This document shows, in pieces, positions 47,225 through 60,514 of a DNA stretch of 64,000 bases. The notes under the pieces are model-generated. The model was not told the DNA's origin and made no database searches. It saw only the letters and a program-made list of their open reading frames with translations. The DNA lies in contig NC_087437.1 of NCBI RefSeq assembly GCF_036321535.1, forward strand, positions 22,136,001-22,200,000, written 5' to 3'. The position numbers and the translations under genes were made by a program. Position 1 is the first letter of the stretch; each line of letters begins with the position of its first letter. This DNA comes from Camelus dromedarius. Its lineage: Eukaryota.

Positions 47225-47975
47225 TTCTCTGTTTTGTAAGTAAGTTCGTTTGTCTTTTTTTTTTTTTAGATTCCACATATAAGTGATATCATATGGTATT
47301 TCTTTTTCTTTTTGTGGCTTATTTCACTCAGAATGACAATCTCCGGGTCCATCCATGTTGCCGCAAATGGCACTATTTTATTTTACTTTTTATGACTGAG
47401 TAGTATTCCATTGTATAAATATACCACAACTTCTTTATCCAGTCATCTGTCAATGGACATTTAGGTTCTTTCAATGTCTTGGCTATTGTAAACAGCGCTG
47501 CTATGAACATTGGGGTGCATGTATCTTTTTGAATTAAGGGTTCCTCTGAATATATGCCCAGGAGTGGGATTACTGGATCATATAGGTAAGTCTATTTTTA
47601 GATTTTTGAGGAATGTCTGGACTATTTTCCATAAGGGCTGCACCAAACTGCATTCCCACCAACAGTGTAGGAGGGTCCCCTTTCCTCTACACCCTCTCCA
47701 GCATTTATAGTTTGTGGAATTTTTAATGATGGCCATTCTGACTGGTGTGAGGTGATACCTTATTGTAGTTTTGATTTGCGTTTCTCTGATAATTAGCAAT
47801 ATTGAGCATTTTTTCATGTGTCTATTGGCCATTTGTATGTCTTCATTGGAGAATTGCTTGTTTAGGTCTTCTGCCCATTTTTGGATTGAGATTTGTTTTT
47901 ATTAAGTTGTATGAGCTGTTTATATATTCTGGAAATTAAGCCCTCATCAGTCTCATCTTTTGAAAATATTTTCTT
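47225..47975 (-). mobile_element. L1 fragment covering the ORF2p C-terminal (Cys-rich) region and part of the 3'UTR
   Basis: Minus ORF 47578-47832 (RHMKKCS...[15 protein letters not shown]...CWRGC...[18 protein letters not shown]) is the canonical L1 ORF2p C-terminus. Confidence 0.92.
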
Positions 47976-48013
47976 TAAAATTTTTGTTTAAAATATATTT
48001 TTCTTTTAAAATT

Positions 48014-48164
48014 CTTTTTTGTTTTGTTTTTTTGGGGGGAGGTAATCAGGTTTGTTTGTTTGTTTGTTTGTTGTTTGTTTGTTTATTTAAATGGAGGTAC
48101 TGGGGATTGAACCCAGGACCTTGTGCATGCTAAGCCCACACTCTATCCCTGAGCTATACCCTCC
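48014..48164 (-). mobile_element. tRNA-derived SINE (Vic-1-like) with (GTTT)n tail
   Basis: GGAGGTACTGGGGATTGAACCCAGGACCTTGTGCATGCTAAGC...CTGAGCTATACCCTCC. Confidence 0.85.
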
Positions 48165-48169
48165 GCGTT

Positions 48170-48778
48170 GCTCAGAGGAATTTAAATGTTGCAACCATTA
48201 TGGAGAATGGTTTGCCAGTTTCTTACAAAGGTAAACATGCATCTACCCTATGACCCAGTAATTAGACTTGTAGATATTTATCCAAGAGATATGAAAACCT
48301 ATGTCCACAAAAAGATTTGTGCAAGAATGTTCATAGGAGTCTTATTCATAACAGCCAGAAACAACCTACATGTCCTTCAGCAGGTGAAAATATAAGCAAA
48401 TTGTGGTATTTCCATGCAATTAAATACTACACAGCAATAAGAAAGAACAAACTACTGATACATAATAACATGGGTGAACCTCATTATGCCGAGTGAAAGA
48501 GAACAGATACAAGAGAACATACAGCGTGATTCCATTTCTGCTAAATTATAAGACAGAGCAAGATGAATCTACAGTGATAGAAATCGAACAATGGTTGCCT
48601 TCGTGGGTGGGAACTGACTTGAGAGTGACCCAAAGCCATGTTGTGGGGTGATGGACATAATGTCTATCTTTGCAGGACTGGTGGTTACATGAGTGTATAC
48701 AATTGTCAGAACTCACTGAGCTGAACATCTAAAAGATGTGTGCATAGTAGTGTATGTAAATTATCCCTAAATCAAAAA
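48170..48778 (+). mobile_element. Old L1 (L1MB/MC) ORF2 end and 3'UTR
   Basis: ORF 48186-48395 QPLWRMVCQFLTKVNMHLPYDP...IYPRDMKTYVHKKICARMFI is L1 ORF2p-like. Confidence 0.85.
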
Positions 48779-50059
48779 GGACAAGGAAGTAAAGGGCACA
48801 GGGTAATATCTCAGGGGTGGTGGCTGTGGGTATGACAGGCATGGACAGCAACACCAGTGGTTTTAGTTTTGATCTGCTGCCCCAATAAATCAGCAGAGTT
48901 GTTAGCCACCCACTTTGCCTAGCAGGGCCCTCTGGACCCAGTTTTGGCAGATGTTGTGATGTTCTTATTGTAACCCACAACGACGCACCTGAATTCTTGA
49001 CTCACACACACAGACACACAATCATGGACTGTCCATCCCTCCCTCCCTTCCTTCCTTCCCTCCCTTCTTCCAATTCATTTCTCATCTTTATCCCACCTCA
49101 TTCCAAAGTCAATTTAATGTGGCTTATAAAAATACATGTCAGCCACTGGATAAAATGGTGTAGGAAGTAAATGTGAACCCAAAGCCACAAATAAATAGAC
49201 ACCATTTGGTCCTGAACCCTTGCTAGACGCAGGTTTATAGATTTGGCTCCGAGCTTCCTAGCCACAGAGACAAAAAGGGAAACATGACTAGTTACTAAAC
49301 AGCCCACAGAGCAGATTCACAGATGCACTCAAGCAGCGTCTTGAGCTGAGATCTATTATTCAGAACCCCAGGTGTCCGATTTGTTTGCCTGAGTGGTGGA
49401 TTAGTGGTGAGGAGAGAAGGAACTGGAGATTTTTTTTTTTGTTCTTGGCTCGGTTTTCCTGGCAGGAAGACATGAAGGTTTCCTTCTGGAAGTGAGTGGC
49501 GCCAGGGCTCTCCCTGCAGTGGAGACGACATTATTTATATTCTGAACCTCTGTTGTCATCCTCTGTGTGATCAGCTTGCCCACTGCACAGTTCATCCTCA
49601 CGCTGTTTTTCTGCAATTTCAGTTTTAATGTTGACACCTTTTCTTGAGTTATATTCTGGCAAGACAAGCTCGCTGCTGAATGGCCCATCCCAGCAGAGGT
49701 CTCTTTCACTTGTCTTGGCTGTGTTTCTTTGATTATGGTAGACTTACCTTTTCCCTCCCCTTCTCAGTTCTTTCAGACTTTAAAATCTCCTCTTAGGGTT
49801 TCAGCTGAGCTCTCAAGTGCGTGGATGCAGGAATTTTTTTAGATGGAGTGCTCTCTCCCCTTGACCCTTTTAAGAATGAGTTTTCTAAGAGCAGGCAGTC
49901 ACTGGCCTTGTGATATATTACAGATCCATCTTCCTCTTGTCTTAAGGAGTTACTTCCCTTAAGAATCTGCTGTTTGGTAGCTGGAAATGAGATTTTTGGA
50001 CTGCTCACTGGAATTAAATCTTGACTTCCAAGAATGGGCAGATTGTAGCGTCAAGTAGA

Positions 50060-50240
50060 CCAGACCGGGTGTTGGGGAACATAGATTTCAGGTTAACTTC
50101 TGGGGCTGACCCGCTGTGTGATGTTAGGCAAGTGATGTAACCTTCCTGGGCCTGCTTTCCTTATGGTGCAATGGAAGAAGTAATCTCGGAAGGTTGCTGT
50201 GAAGGTCAAACAAGATATAACACTTGAAAGTGCTGTGAAA
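50060..50240. mobile_element. MIR SINE
   Basis: GCTGTGTGATGTTAGGCAAGTGATGTAACCTTCCTGGGCCTGCTTTCC core. Confidence 0.65.
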
Positions 50241-50759
50241 ATCTGAGTGTTTGAAATTCTAAGTCTGTAATGGAGAGGGAAAAAGAGACATATATTTTCA
50301 CTAGTATTGAATTTGCAGTTTGTATTCAGTGCCTTGGTGGGGGGCGCAAAAGTTTTAGGAAATACATTTCTTATCCTGAAGAGTTTTATATAGAGTTTGA
50401 AGGATGGATGCAAAATGGAAAACTTTTTTTTTTTTTTGATCTGAAGATTTTGGAACCAGACTTGTTTCTTTAATCTTTCTTTCTCTAAATATTTAACTTC
50501 TTCCTCCTAGCACTGATATTGAGGCTTTGCAAACATAACTCTTACCTCTCTTGAGTGGAGTAGTATGTTTCACATAATGAATTTCGTAACTCGCCGTGTT
50601 TCTACTTTTGCTCTGGCTACCAGCAACCTCAAAGCTACCACTATTGCTTAGTCTAAATAATCGTGATACCCGAGGTGCTTGAAGCATTTCCTCTTGCTTC
50701 TTCTTTTTCCTACCTGTCTGATTTTTCTTCTTTTTCTTTGAACACCCTTTATTGACTAT

Positions 50760-50886
50760 CTCTCTCTCTATTTTTTGTTTGTTTGTTTTTTTTGTCTTTT
50801 TTCCCCTCTCTTAACAGAGGCATTGGGAATTGAACCCAGGACTCTGTGCACGCCAAGCATGTGCTTTACCACTAAGCTATACCCCC
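50760..50886 (-). mobile_element. tRNA-derived SINE (Vic-1-like)
   Basis: GGGAATTGAACCCAGGACTCTGTGCACGCCAAGCATGTGCTTTACCACTAAGCTATACCCCC. Confidence 0.8.
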
Positions 50887-51304
50887 GCCTGAATGTATCT
50901 CTTTTGCTGCAAGTTGTTACAGATCATTTTTGGAAGTGTAAATAATTTCTATAAATTAATTTGAAATACCAAGAAAGCCAATGCACAACAACATGTAACA
51001 AACCCTGGCCAATGGGAAAGTGCATTCTGAGTTGTAATTCAGCATTTTTCCTGCTGGCTCAGTGGTTGAAGAGAAGGCTGTCTTGAATTCCAAAGCAGCC
51101 GTAGCAGTCAATGGCCCCCACTGAGGGAACTAAGTGCCAGGTGGGAATTCTGAGAGCACCAGCCACTTGAGATTTCTCTAGGTTTATAGGGAAGAAGGAC
51201 AAGCTTAGGACTGAGTCTTTCTCAGCAGCTCAGAAAGGCCCACTCAAGCAGATTTCCTGGTCTCCATTTGTCTGTGTAGTCAATGCTTGGCACTCAGACC
51301 TGGA

Positions 51305-51470
51305 CTCCTCAATCTTTAATATGCTTGTGAATCACCTGTGGATCTTTGTTAAAATGCGGATTCTGATCCACCATTTGTGGGATGCGGTCAGAGACTTTGC
51401 ATTTCTAACAAGTTCCCAGGTGATGCTGATGCTCTGTCTGTGGACCATGTTTTCAGCATGGAGGACTTAG
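51305..51470. mobile_element. MER5A-like hAT-Charlie element
   Basis: GAATCACCTG...TTGTTAAAATGCGGATTCTGAT...TGCATTTCTAACAAGTTCCCAGGTGATGCTGATGCT. Confidence 0.8.
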
Positions 51471-52844
51471 AAGTCACTCAACACCATCAGCTAAATGGAT
51501 GGCTCTGACCTGTGTATGAGACATCCTTCCTTATTTTAGAGCTGACTATATCGCTAGATCTGTCTTCTCTTAGGAACCCTAATTCTTCATCCCCTAATTT
51601 CTATCTATCAGTTGGGCATTTTCCATGAGAAATTTGTGATCTCTTCTACCTCTTGATGAGCTTTCTCCTTTCTTTCCTTCCCTCCTGACCCACATCAAAC
51701 TCTGAAGTCCGTCCCTGAAGTCCATCCCCTAAAGGGAACATGCTGTGAGGTCAAGTGCCATGGGGTGAGTCCAGCCTCTCTGTCTTAGAGGTAGGCTGGC
51801 TTGTGCTTTTCCTTAGAACTGGGGTTGGGGGTACCCTGCAGGGTCTTGCGCCTAGTGGGTGCTTCTTAGGTTTTTGTTCCTTGATTGATTTGCCTGTGAC
51901 GGTAAATGTTTTCAGTATCTGAGAAGAGACTGAGAAATTGACAAAAATTGTCTGTCTTCTGCCAGCCTCTCCCTGTTCACAGAAGCAGGCTAATGGATGC
52001 TGTGGTGATTTAATACATCACTGTGAAGATTAAGGCCCTAATCTGCAAGGGACCAAGGAGTGAGAATGGATATTGGTGTCCAAACACTGGTCCATTTGGG
52101 TCAGGCTCTCAGGCAGTTCTTATAATGCTGGTTCACCACATATTAGGTCACAGAGACCAAAGGCACTCACAACTTAGCAGCCGGAAAACGCTGTGAAGTG
52201 TGCTGTGAGGGCTGCATGTCTGGCACCATCCATACTCCCTCTATGCCACGTGCTCTTTTCCATTCTCCTGATTCTCCATCACTTTATTCCCTGCCTCAGA
52301 GAGGTGACTCAAAAATGCAAGGTGCGATTAGTCAGGATTCTTTAAACCTGCCCACGTGATACGTGATTTAGTAATACAAAGTACTACTTAACGCTGGCAT
52401 CTCAGCACTTCTATATCTGCACAAGTGGACCTCTCTCTACTGAGTTCTTCGCCTTGGAAGGAGATTGTAGTTGCCCCAGTAAAGGAAAGGTTCTATGTGT
52501 GTTGTAGAACATCAGTCATGAGCTGTGTCAAGTCTAACTTGTTATTCGTTGTGCTAACAATATATATTTAGAAAAATAAATTAGAGTAGATTTAGGGGTT
52601 TCTGTGTAATAATTTTATTCTCATTGGCTGATATTTGATACGATCTCATGAGGGAGTGGGAGAGAAATGTTTTGTGGCAGTTAGTGAGTGGTAACTTGCA
52701 TCTACACTAGATGCTGAATGGCACTTCTGCTGGCTCGAGAAATTCAACTAAACTCCCAAAGCCAATAATAATAATTGAATGATAAGTTCCTAGGGAGTTG
52801 CTGCTAGCCATGGTCCTGCAGCACCTACTAAGAGGGGCCCAAAG

Positions 52845-53302
52845 CACTTAGTATGATAATCTCTCGGTCCATCCATGTTGCTGCAGATGGCATTATTTCA
52901 TTCTTCTTTATGGCTGAGTAGTATTCATAAATCAGAGAAAGACAAATATCATAAGATATCACTTATATGTGGAATCTAAAAAGATGATACAAATGAACTT
53001 ATTGACAAAACACAAAGAGACTCACAGACATAGAAAACAAACATATGGTTACCAAAGGGGAAAGATGGGGAGGGATAAACTAGGAGTTTGAGATTGCAGA
53101 TACAAACTATATATACAGAATAAACAACAAGGTCCTACTGTGTAGCACAGGGAAGGGAACTAGGTTCAGTATCCTGTAATAACTGATAATGAAGAATATG
53201 AAAAAGAATGTATGTATATGTATAATTGAATCACTATTCTGTACACCAGAAACTAACACAACATTGTAAATCAAGTCTACTTCAATTAGAAAAATTAAAA
53301 AA
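52845..53302 (+). mobile_element. L1 3' end with inverted 5' segment
   Basis: 52845-~52927 is antisense L1. ~52928-53302 is sense L1 3'UTR ending in an A-rich tail. Confidence 0.85.
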
Positions 53303-53935
53303 TAGAAGAGGCTAAACCAGCCCAGTGAGCTTCAGCCAATGACCACCTTCAACTTACCTGAAGAGAAGACCAGAGCTTCAAAGGGATTAACAAGGAAATG
53401 AGTGATGCTCTGCGTGACAGAGTTTTGGCTCTTGCCTCTGAGCCTGGGGTGGAAGGTCCCCCAGGGTGCCAACACTGAGTCACAGAAGCATCAATCAGGG
53501 AACATTTGCATGTCCCCTTTGCACCATCCCCCTTTCCCTACTCCTACCATGGAAGAGAGCTGGGCAGAGGTGGGGGAGGCGGGGAAGGGCAGCAGAGACA
53601 CACACCACTCTCCGGCCCACGCAGGTTTGGGTTAAGCTGGGGGGGAGGGGCGGTCAGTGGTTGAGGGAGAGGAGGCTGAGCGTTGACTGCACGGGACTGC
53701 AATTTCGATTTTGGTTGGACCAGGCCTGAGAGTGAGTCTTCACTATCAACATGAGGCTTGCTCTTAGAAATGTCGGGGAAGTTATGGCATCAGGCAAGAG
53801 TGTCACCGGGGGGGAGGAGGGAGGTCTGCCAGGGCCCATCTGAAGGCAGCGGCTGGAGGACAACAACGCTGTTTCCTGTTTGAACCCTGCCTGCTTCAGT
53901 CTGTTCGATGAGCTGGTTTCCCACGTGAGCCTGGG

Positions 53936-54013
53936 TGCACCCACAGGAGGACGTTCTGTCAGTGACCGTCATCTGCACCCATGGGAGGACGTTCTGTCAG
54001 TGACCGTCATCTG
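53936..54013 (+). repeat. 38-bp tandem duplication
   Basis: TGCACCCA(CA/TG)GGAGGACGTTCTGTCAGTGACCGTCATC at 53936 and 53974. Confidence 0.95.
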
Positions 54014-55463
54014 TCCTGGGTGCCTCAGGGGGAAAAGGGAAGGGAAATCTGGGGCTAGACCTCCTTTATTTTGCAGGCCAAGCATCCTGGCATGGAAGGA
54101 GTGGTCTGAGGTGTATTTGGAGGCCCTGTCCCAAGATACATTCCTTGTAAGTGTTCTCTCACTTGACACTTGATGCCTATTTCTTTGGATTAACAAACCC
54201 TTTATTTATTTATTTTTTTGCCTTTAGGAAGTTTTTAATTAAAATATGAATATTTCCAGGAGGACCACCCCTGAGGCAATGTTCATGAGCGGCTTCAGGG
54301 GATGGTTTGGTGGGATGGAGGCTCCAGCCACCTTCAGTGGCCCCCCAGTGCCCACGTGATTAAGTCTGCACAGTCCAGCCTGGCACACAGTGGCTGCAAG
54401 AACTAGTGCCAGGCTCCTCTTCTGGATCAGACTCCTCCTGAACTCCCCGTCCTACCTTATGTGTGGACATGCAGCTCTCCTGGAGTCTGTGCGGCTCCTG
54501 GAAGCTGCTGCTCCCTTTCGCCATGGATTCCCATCATGCTGTGCCCCCATCACTGCCTTTAAAAAGTCTGCGCATTGGGCTGGATTCGTACACCACCTCC
54601 TACATAGTCTTCCTGCAGCCTCCCAATTCCTTTCTCTCCCCCTTAGTCATCCTTAAGGCGGAAAGCAGCTCCAACTTTCATAAGACGACCTTATGGAGTT
54701 TCACAGAAAGAAAACGTTTCAGCAAAATGAAAGCTCAAGAACATTTTGTTGAACAAATGCTGGGACTTTTTTTCAAGTGTACTTTCTTCAAACACTACCC
54801 CCTTCCTCCTTCTTCTTTTTGTAAGCAGTTGTAAGCTTTGCTCTTCCTTCTCATATTGAGTCTAATGAGATCTCCTCTCCTCTGAGTGCCATCCTGGTCC
54901 CCTTTCCCCTGCTGATCACAAGGCTGTCCTCAGAGGGGCTCCCTTGTAATTCTGTGTGTTAACTGGCTGATGAGCCCTACTCTCCTCCCCTCCCTGCAGA
55001 TCTTATACCACTAGGCTTTAAAAAATTCCTGTGTCTGTGGACTCACTATTCGCATCCCCTATAGCTTTGTCTGTACCCAGTTCTAGCACACAGTACCGCC
55101 TGCCCGCCTGAGAATTCTCTGTCTGTCTGTCCCCCTGACAGGCTGTGCACAGCTTGGCAGCCCCTTCACTGGGTACACAGGTTCTGTCTGCTTCATGTGG
55201 AGGACTTTGTAGGGGCTTAGTGAATGTTTGGTGAATGACCACCCATGAGATCTAAATCTGCAGAGGAAAAAGTCCAGAGAGAAGCTAAACGAGAGTGAAA
55301 AGAGAGCTGCGGGAGGCGGGGCAGCACGAGGAGCTCTGTGGACCACCTCCATCGTGCCGCCGTCTTGCCTGGGGTTGGCCTGGACTGGGGCTCTCCAGAC
55401 ATCCAGCCTATGGGGACCTTTACACCTCTCTCCTTGCGTTACCTCTTCATGCCCACTCAGGCA

Positions 55464-55466
<3 letters not shown>

Positions 55467-55516
<50 letters not shown>
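55467..55516. repeat. (GT)25 microsatellite
   Basis: Perfect GT run. Confidence 0.95.
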
Positions 55517-55520
<4 letters not shown>

Positions 55521-57079
55521 TGGGGGCAGGCAGCACAAACGTGGGCATGGGAGTGAGGGAAGCTGCAATTTTGACCATTTACTCCAATGTGTCAGGAAGA
55601 GGGGTTGACTTCTCAGCCTGATCTAAACACCAGGTCTGTGATGCTACAGTCTTCCCTGGCTGGTTGGAAAAATGCACCACACAGGTTACATCTGGACCAA
55701 AGATTGTATGAGAGGCACACTAGTGTTTCCAGGGTTAAACTCTCCCTTCTCCATGAAGCCTTCAGATCTTTGCAGTCCACCCACATCACTCCTTTACAGA
55801 AGATCCTACAGTGCTTAATCCTTGATGCTACTCCAGCCCTTGATGATAGCTATTTTTAGTTAGTTTCTTTAATAACGTCTTTCATTCTCCTCAAAGCTCA
55901 TCTCTTCCATTGCTTCCTGTCACATGAGGCAGAGTTGAACCCGTAGAAGGAACTCAGTAACTATTCATTGTTTCACTCTCTAATTAAACCTGCGTTGGGG
56001 TAGATACCAAAGGGTGCTGATTTTCAGGGGTGTCGGAAAGTAATTTGGGGGGGATCATCTCCAAAGACCAAATGTGTGAAGATTAACTGAGGTTGCTTGT
56101 CTCTAGTCCTCAGGGGACTTGGCGCAGATCAACAGACTTTTCAAGAAATAAACCACAAGTAGCTGAAAAACACAAAAGTTCAAATTGCATCCGGTGTAAC
56201 TCTGTGAGAGAATTTCTGCAGCAGAGGAAGTCTGTTACTCTTGACCTGAACTTCAGTATTCTGCAATAATGTGGGGGCTGCAAAAATGCTTCTATTCTCA
56301 CTGACAAAGTTATATTCCTATCCATAAATCATATCTGAAATGAGAGGAGCCAACTGACTGATAGCAGGGAAAAGATTTCCCCAGCGACAGTAAACAGTGT
56401 ATGTACGATGTGTGTGTATATATATACATATATATTTAAATCAAAGTAATTGGTTAATATTGTGGAAACTTCATCTCAGTTTTAAGTGGTGTTTTTCTTA
56501 ATTTGATGTGCATTATTTTAAGAAACATGACACCGATGTAGCTTTTAAACCCCTCTGTGCCTCTGGCATTATTCATACCGAAGCTTTCAACCAGCCGACT
56601 TGGAGAGAGCTTTTAACTGCAGTTCACATCGTTAGTGTTTCTGCTGTCTAAGCAGGAAAAATTGGGATGCGGCTTAGCAAAAGGCTGAGGAAAACAAAAT
56701 ATGAAGGGTAATAAATATCTGTTTCTCAAAGAGTTTTCCTATGTCCCGAGCATCTTGATGATTTTTTCAATTAATATAGTTTCACATATCTCAAAATGAG
56801 AAACCCAAGAATAGACTGTTAGGATGAACTGTATTTCCTGAGACGTGTTTGCTTTGGAATGACTGGTCTTAGCTCTTGCTCCGCCAGGCAGCCCCTTCTG
56901 GGCCCTCAGAGCTTGGTGTCAGCCCCTGATCTTGCTTCTGGGGTCCAGACTGGGTTTTTCAGTTCCCTAAGAAACATTTCAGAAAAATCCTATTGGTATT
57001 TCTAACTCAACAAACTAACAGTGACCTCATGATATTAACTCCAAGCAATATTTGCATTAATACCATTGACATCCTCTAC

Positions 57080-57795
57080 ACACCGGAGTCAATCTTGACA
57101 TTTTTCTGTCTCCTACAATCCATGGTGGACAAGACCTGTCGATTCTGACTTTGAAATGTCTACAGAATACTCTCTTTGGATTCCCTCTCTACTTCCACTG
57201 CCATAGTTCTTGCTTGCCCAGGCCAGGACAACAAATAATTGTCTTGGTTGGTCTCATGGGCTGCCATCGAGTCCTTCTCAAAAGTACCTTCACATTCCCT
57301 CTGGGTGCTCTTCCTAAAGAACGACTCAGATGCTGCCCCTCTCCTGCCGAAAACCTTGTGGTGGGTCCCCACTGCCTATTGAATCTGTTTCCAACCTAAC
57401 ACTTCAGCCTCATTTTCTGCAACCCTCCTGCGTTCTCCCCACACTGAACTCCAAAAGGCAACTCACTTTGCTCAATGAGATGCCCACAGGGCCTTTGCGT
57501 GGGTTGTTTTCACCCCTAGAGCCTCCAGCAAGACGACAAGCAAATGTCCTGCGTCTTCCTTAAGCCCCTCCCCACCGTCTTCCCCAAGCATCTCCCATCC
57601 TCTGTTTTAAAAACAACCCCCCTTGGCAGGCTTTATGGAGACTCTGCTTACATTTCTGCCTCTTTTGTACACCAGGCGTGAGCTCCCAGGGAGCAGGGGC
57701 TGTGTCATTTTTATCTTTTTGTTAAGATTTTACTTAGTGATGGATATGTTTTAACTGCTCAGTGAGTCCTTGTTGAATGAATAGATAAATGAGTT
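57080..57795 (+). mobile_element. L2 3' region
   Basis: CACAGGGCCTTTGC, GTGAGCTCCCAGGGAGCAGGGGCTGTGTC and terminal TTGTTGAATGAATAGATAAATGA. Confidence 0.65.
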
Positions 57796-57899
57796 GTACT
57801 TCCTTTGGGAATCTTTATCTGATCTTCCGAAGCAAAAACTATTTTTCTCCTTTATGGAACGATAACATTTGCCATATTCCTCCAAGTTTTTTCTCTTTG

Positions 57900-58360
57900 C
57901 ATTTGGCTTTTAGCAGTTGTCTCTGATGTGGGTTGGTCTGTTCTTCTTTATATTTATCCTTCTTGGGGCTTGGGGGACTACTTGAATCTGTGGCTTACTG
58001 TCTTTTGTCAGCTTTGGAAAATTCTTATTTCTTCAAATATTGTTCTGACCCTTTCTTTCCTTCTTCTCTCTGGGACTCTAATTCTTTAGGTTAGAGTTTT
58101 ATACTGGGTCCCATAAGTCTCTTTTAATATTTTCCATCATTTTTTCCTCCTGTACTTCATTCTGGATGATTTCCACTATCGCATCTTCCAAATTATTTGT
58201 CCTTTTCCCAGCTGTGTCTAATCTGTGAAATCTATTTATTGAGTTCTCAGTTTCTGACATCAGTTTTAGAATTTCCATTTCATTCTTTTTTAGAGATTCT
58301 AATTCTCTGATAAAATTCTCAATCTTATCATTTATCCTTATTAATCTATAAATACTCTAA
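57900..58360 (-). mobile_element. Old L1 internal fragment
   Basis: CTTGAATCTGTGGCTT...TTTGGAAAATTC...TTTCTTCAAATATT and GCTGTGTCTAATCTG, typical of antisense L1M. Confidence 0.6.
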
Positions 58361-60514
58361 ATTTTCAGGTGTGTTTCTTTCTCCCATTTATGACTTCCCT
58401 GAGAGCAGGAACAGTTTTTTCTTTTATTTATCTTTTATAAAATGTCAGTTCATTCATTAATTCAGTCAATAATTTTTTTCTTTCTTTTTTTCTTTCTTTC
58501 TTTCTTTCCTTTTTTTAAGCAGCTACTGTGGGTCAAATGCTGAGGATACATTGGTGTATAAAATAGACAAGGTCTCAGCAGTTTTGAAGCTTATGTCCTG
58601 ATTGGGGAGAAGGTACCCAAACAAACAAACCCTGCCCCCAAACCAAACAGTGAAAGATATTTTCCACAGGATTAAATTAGAATGTTGGGGTAGAAGGTGA
58701 GTCCCCATGAAGCTGAGACCTGAATGATAACAAAAAGTCAGCTATCAAGATATCTGGAGAATTCCAGGTAGAGAAACGAAGCAAGGGGCGAGGGAGAGAC
58801 CCAGTGTGTTTGCTAAAGGGGCTGAATTTTGTGAGATTCTAAATGAAAAATTTTAACATGAGCTTTTTCTCTCCCCCCCTTTTTTTTTGAGAACATTATA
58901 CATTTTGAAACATTTCTAATTTTTGCGAAATAACTGTGTCTGGGTTGTAAGCATGTGCCCTGTACAAGGTATTTTAACTCATTTAGGAATCACGAATGTT
59001 ACTTATGAAAAAGTTAAGATACCTGTACTAGGCTTACGTCCCTGTAGAAGGGTCCCTCACTCACCAGGGCGGTAGAACTGAAAAGAAACAATACTTGGCT
59101 TTTTTCTTACCTTTGAGGTTATAGATATGCAAATATGCTATTTTTGTTTAATAATCACATTAATTATAATTGACATGAAAGTATTAAATTTTTACTAGGG
59201 CTCTCTATCAGTCCAGATCCCAGCAAAAGCAGAATCCCAGGGACAAAAGTCAAGAGACTGCAAAGAACAGGCTGTTTACAGGGATGTGGACAGGGCTCAG
59301 GTCCCTGAGACTAGGAACAGTGAGCGCCATCACTGCAGGCCGGCAGGGCCACGGGGCTTTACGAGGCGCCTACTTGAGTCTGGTGCAAGCTAGAGTCAGG
59401 GAGGGATGCGGCTGCTGTGGGAAAACATGGCCTGGCACAGGGAGGGAGCAAAGAAGAAATGCCTTGTCTTCTCTCTCCTGTCTCGCTTTAAGGTGTCTCC
59501 CTTGGCCAGACCCTGCCAAGAGCCAGCTGGGAGCAGAGCCTGGTTGATGCAGCCCATGGGAGTCGGTCTGCAGGGCTCAAAGCAGCCTGAGAAAGACCAA
59601 GATGGCCCCGGGAGGAGGCAGCCAACCAGCCATAACACGCTTGCTTTTGCAGGCAACAGTGAATCCAAAGAGAGTGGACAGGCTTCATTGGAAGCTGCAG
59701 CCTCACTAGATTTGCGTGATCTGAAGTGCCTTTCCCAAACCAAGGGTAGAGAACCCAGAGGATTTTCAGTCATGTCTTTGAGGACAGAAAGTTATTTTGA
59801 AGGAAGCTGAAATGAGCTTGCGAGAATATGAGGTGATGGGGTTGGAGTGCTCAGTGGAGTTTTGAAGGATTATTTTAAGGCAGAGTCTTGCATTTGTGCT
59901 GATGGGGGAAGAGATAGACCAGGGGAGAATGATCAGGAAGGTGCAGCCTGGAGAGAGGGAAGAAGGGGCCCGTGGTGGGGCACGGATTGCCCAATGTAAA
60001 ATCATCGGTAGCCCCCACACTGAATCTAGACAGATGCTGAAAATCTGCTTATTAATGACGGGCTTGTGACACTGATGGTTTTATGACACATAGTTATCTT
60101 TTAAATCCAGCAATTAAAATAGCAAAATCTTAAAAATGTTATTGCCCAGTGTCTACAAAAGCACCCAGACATGCGGGCCTGCATACCCTCCTCCACAATA
60201 TGTCAGGGTTCCCAGGCCCGAAGACTCGGTGGATCGTATTTAGTTCACATCGGATTATTTTCTCTAAAACATCCCAAACTGAACATTCTCTCATTCTGCA
60301 TCTGAATATTGTATAACTTTTCAGCTGATTGTTTTTTTTTTTTAATGTCTAACTCCAATTTCCACTGTTCCTTTTTCACATTGAAAACGAGACGGTTCTC
60401 AGACAGGGAAGGGCAATGGGACAAATCTCACTGGTTCAAAGGGTACGTACGCCATTTTGCTCCTGAGAGCTTGAAACGATTTGCATCACATACTACTTTC
60501 CGAAGGCTTAGTTA

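Noticed and set aside
22351..48395. ORFs at 22351-22557, 47578-47832 and 48186-48395 as host genes
   Set aside because: They are fragments of L1 ORF2p in truncated elements.
17275..50886. tRNA-like sequences at ~17300, ~44640, ~48100 and ~50820
   Set aside because: They have A/B boxes but are mutually diverged, with A-rich tails and in some cases TSDs, so they are SINEs rather than tRNA genes.
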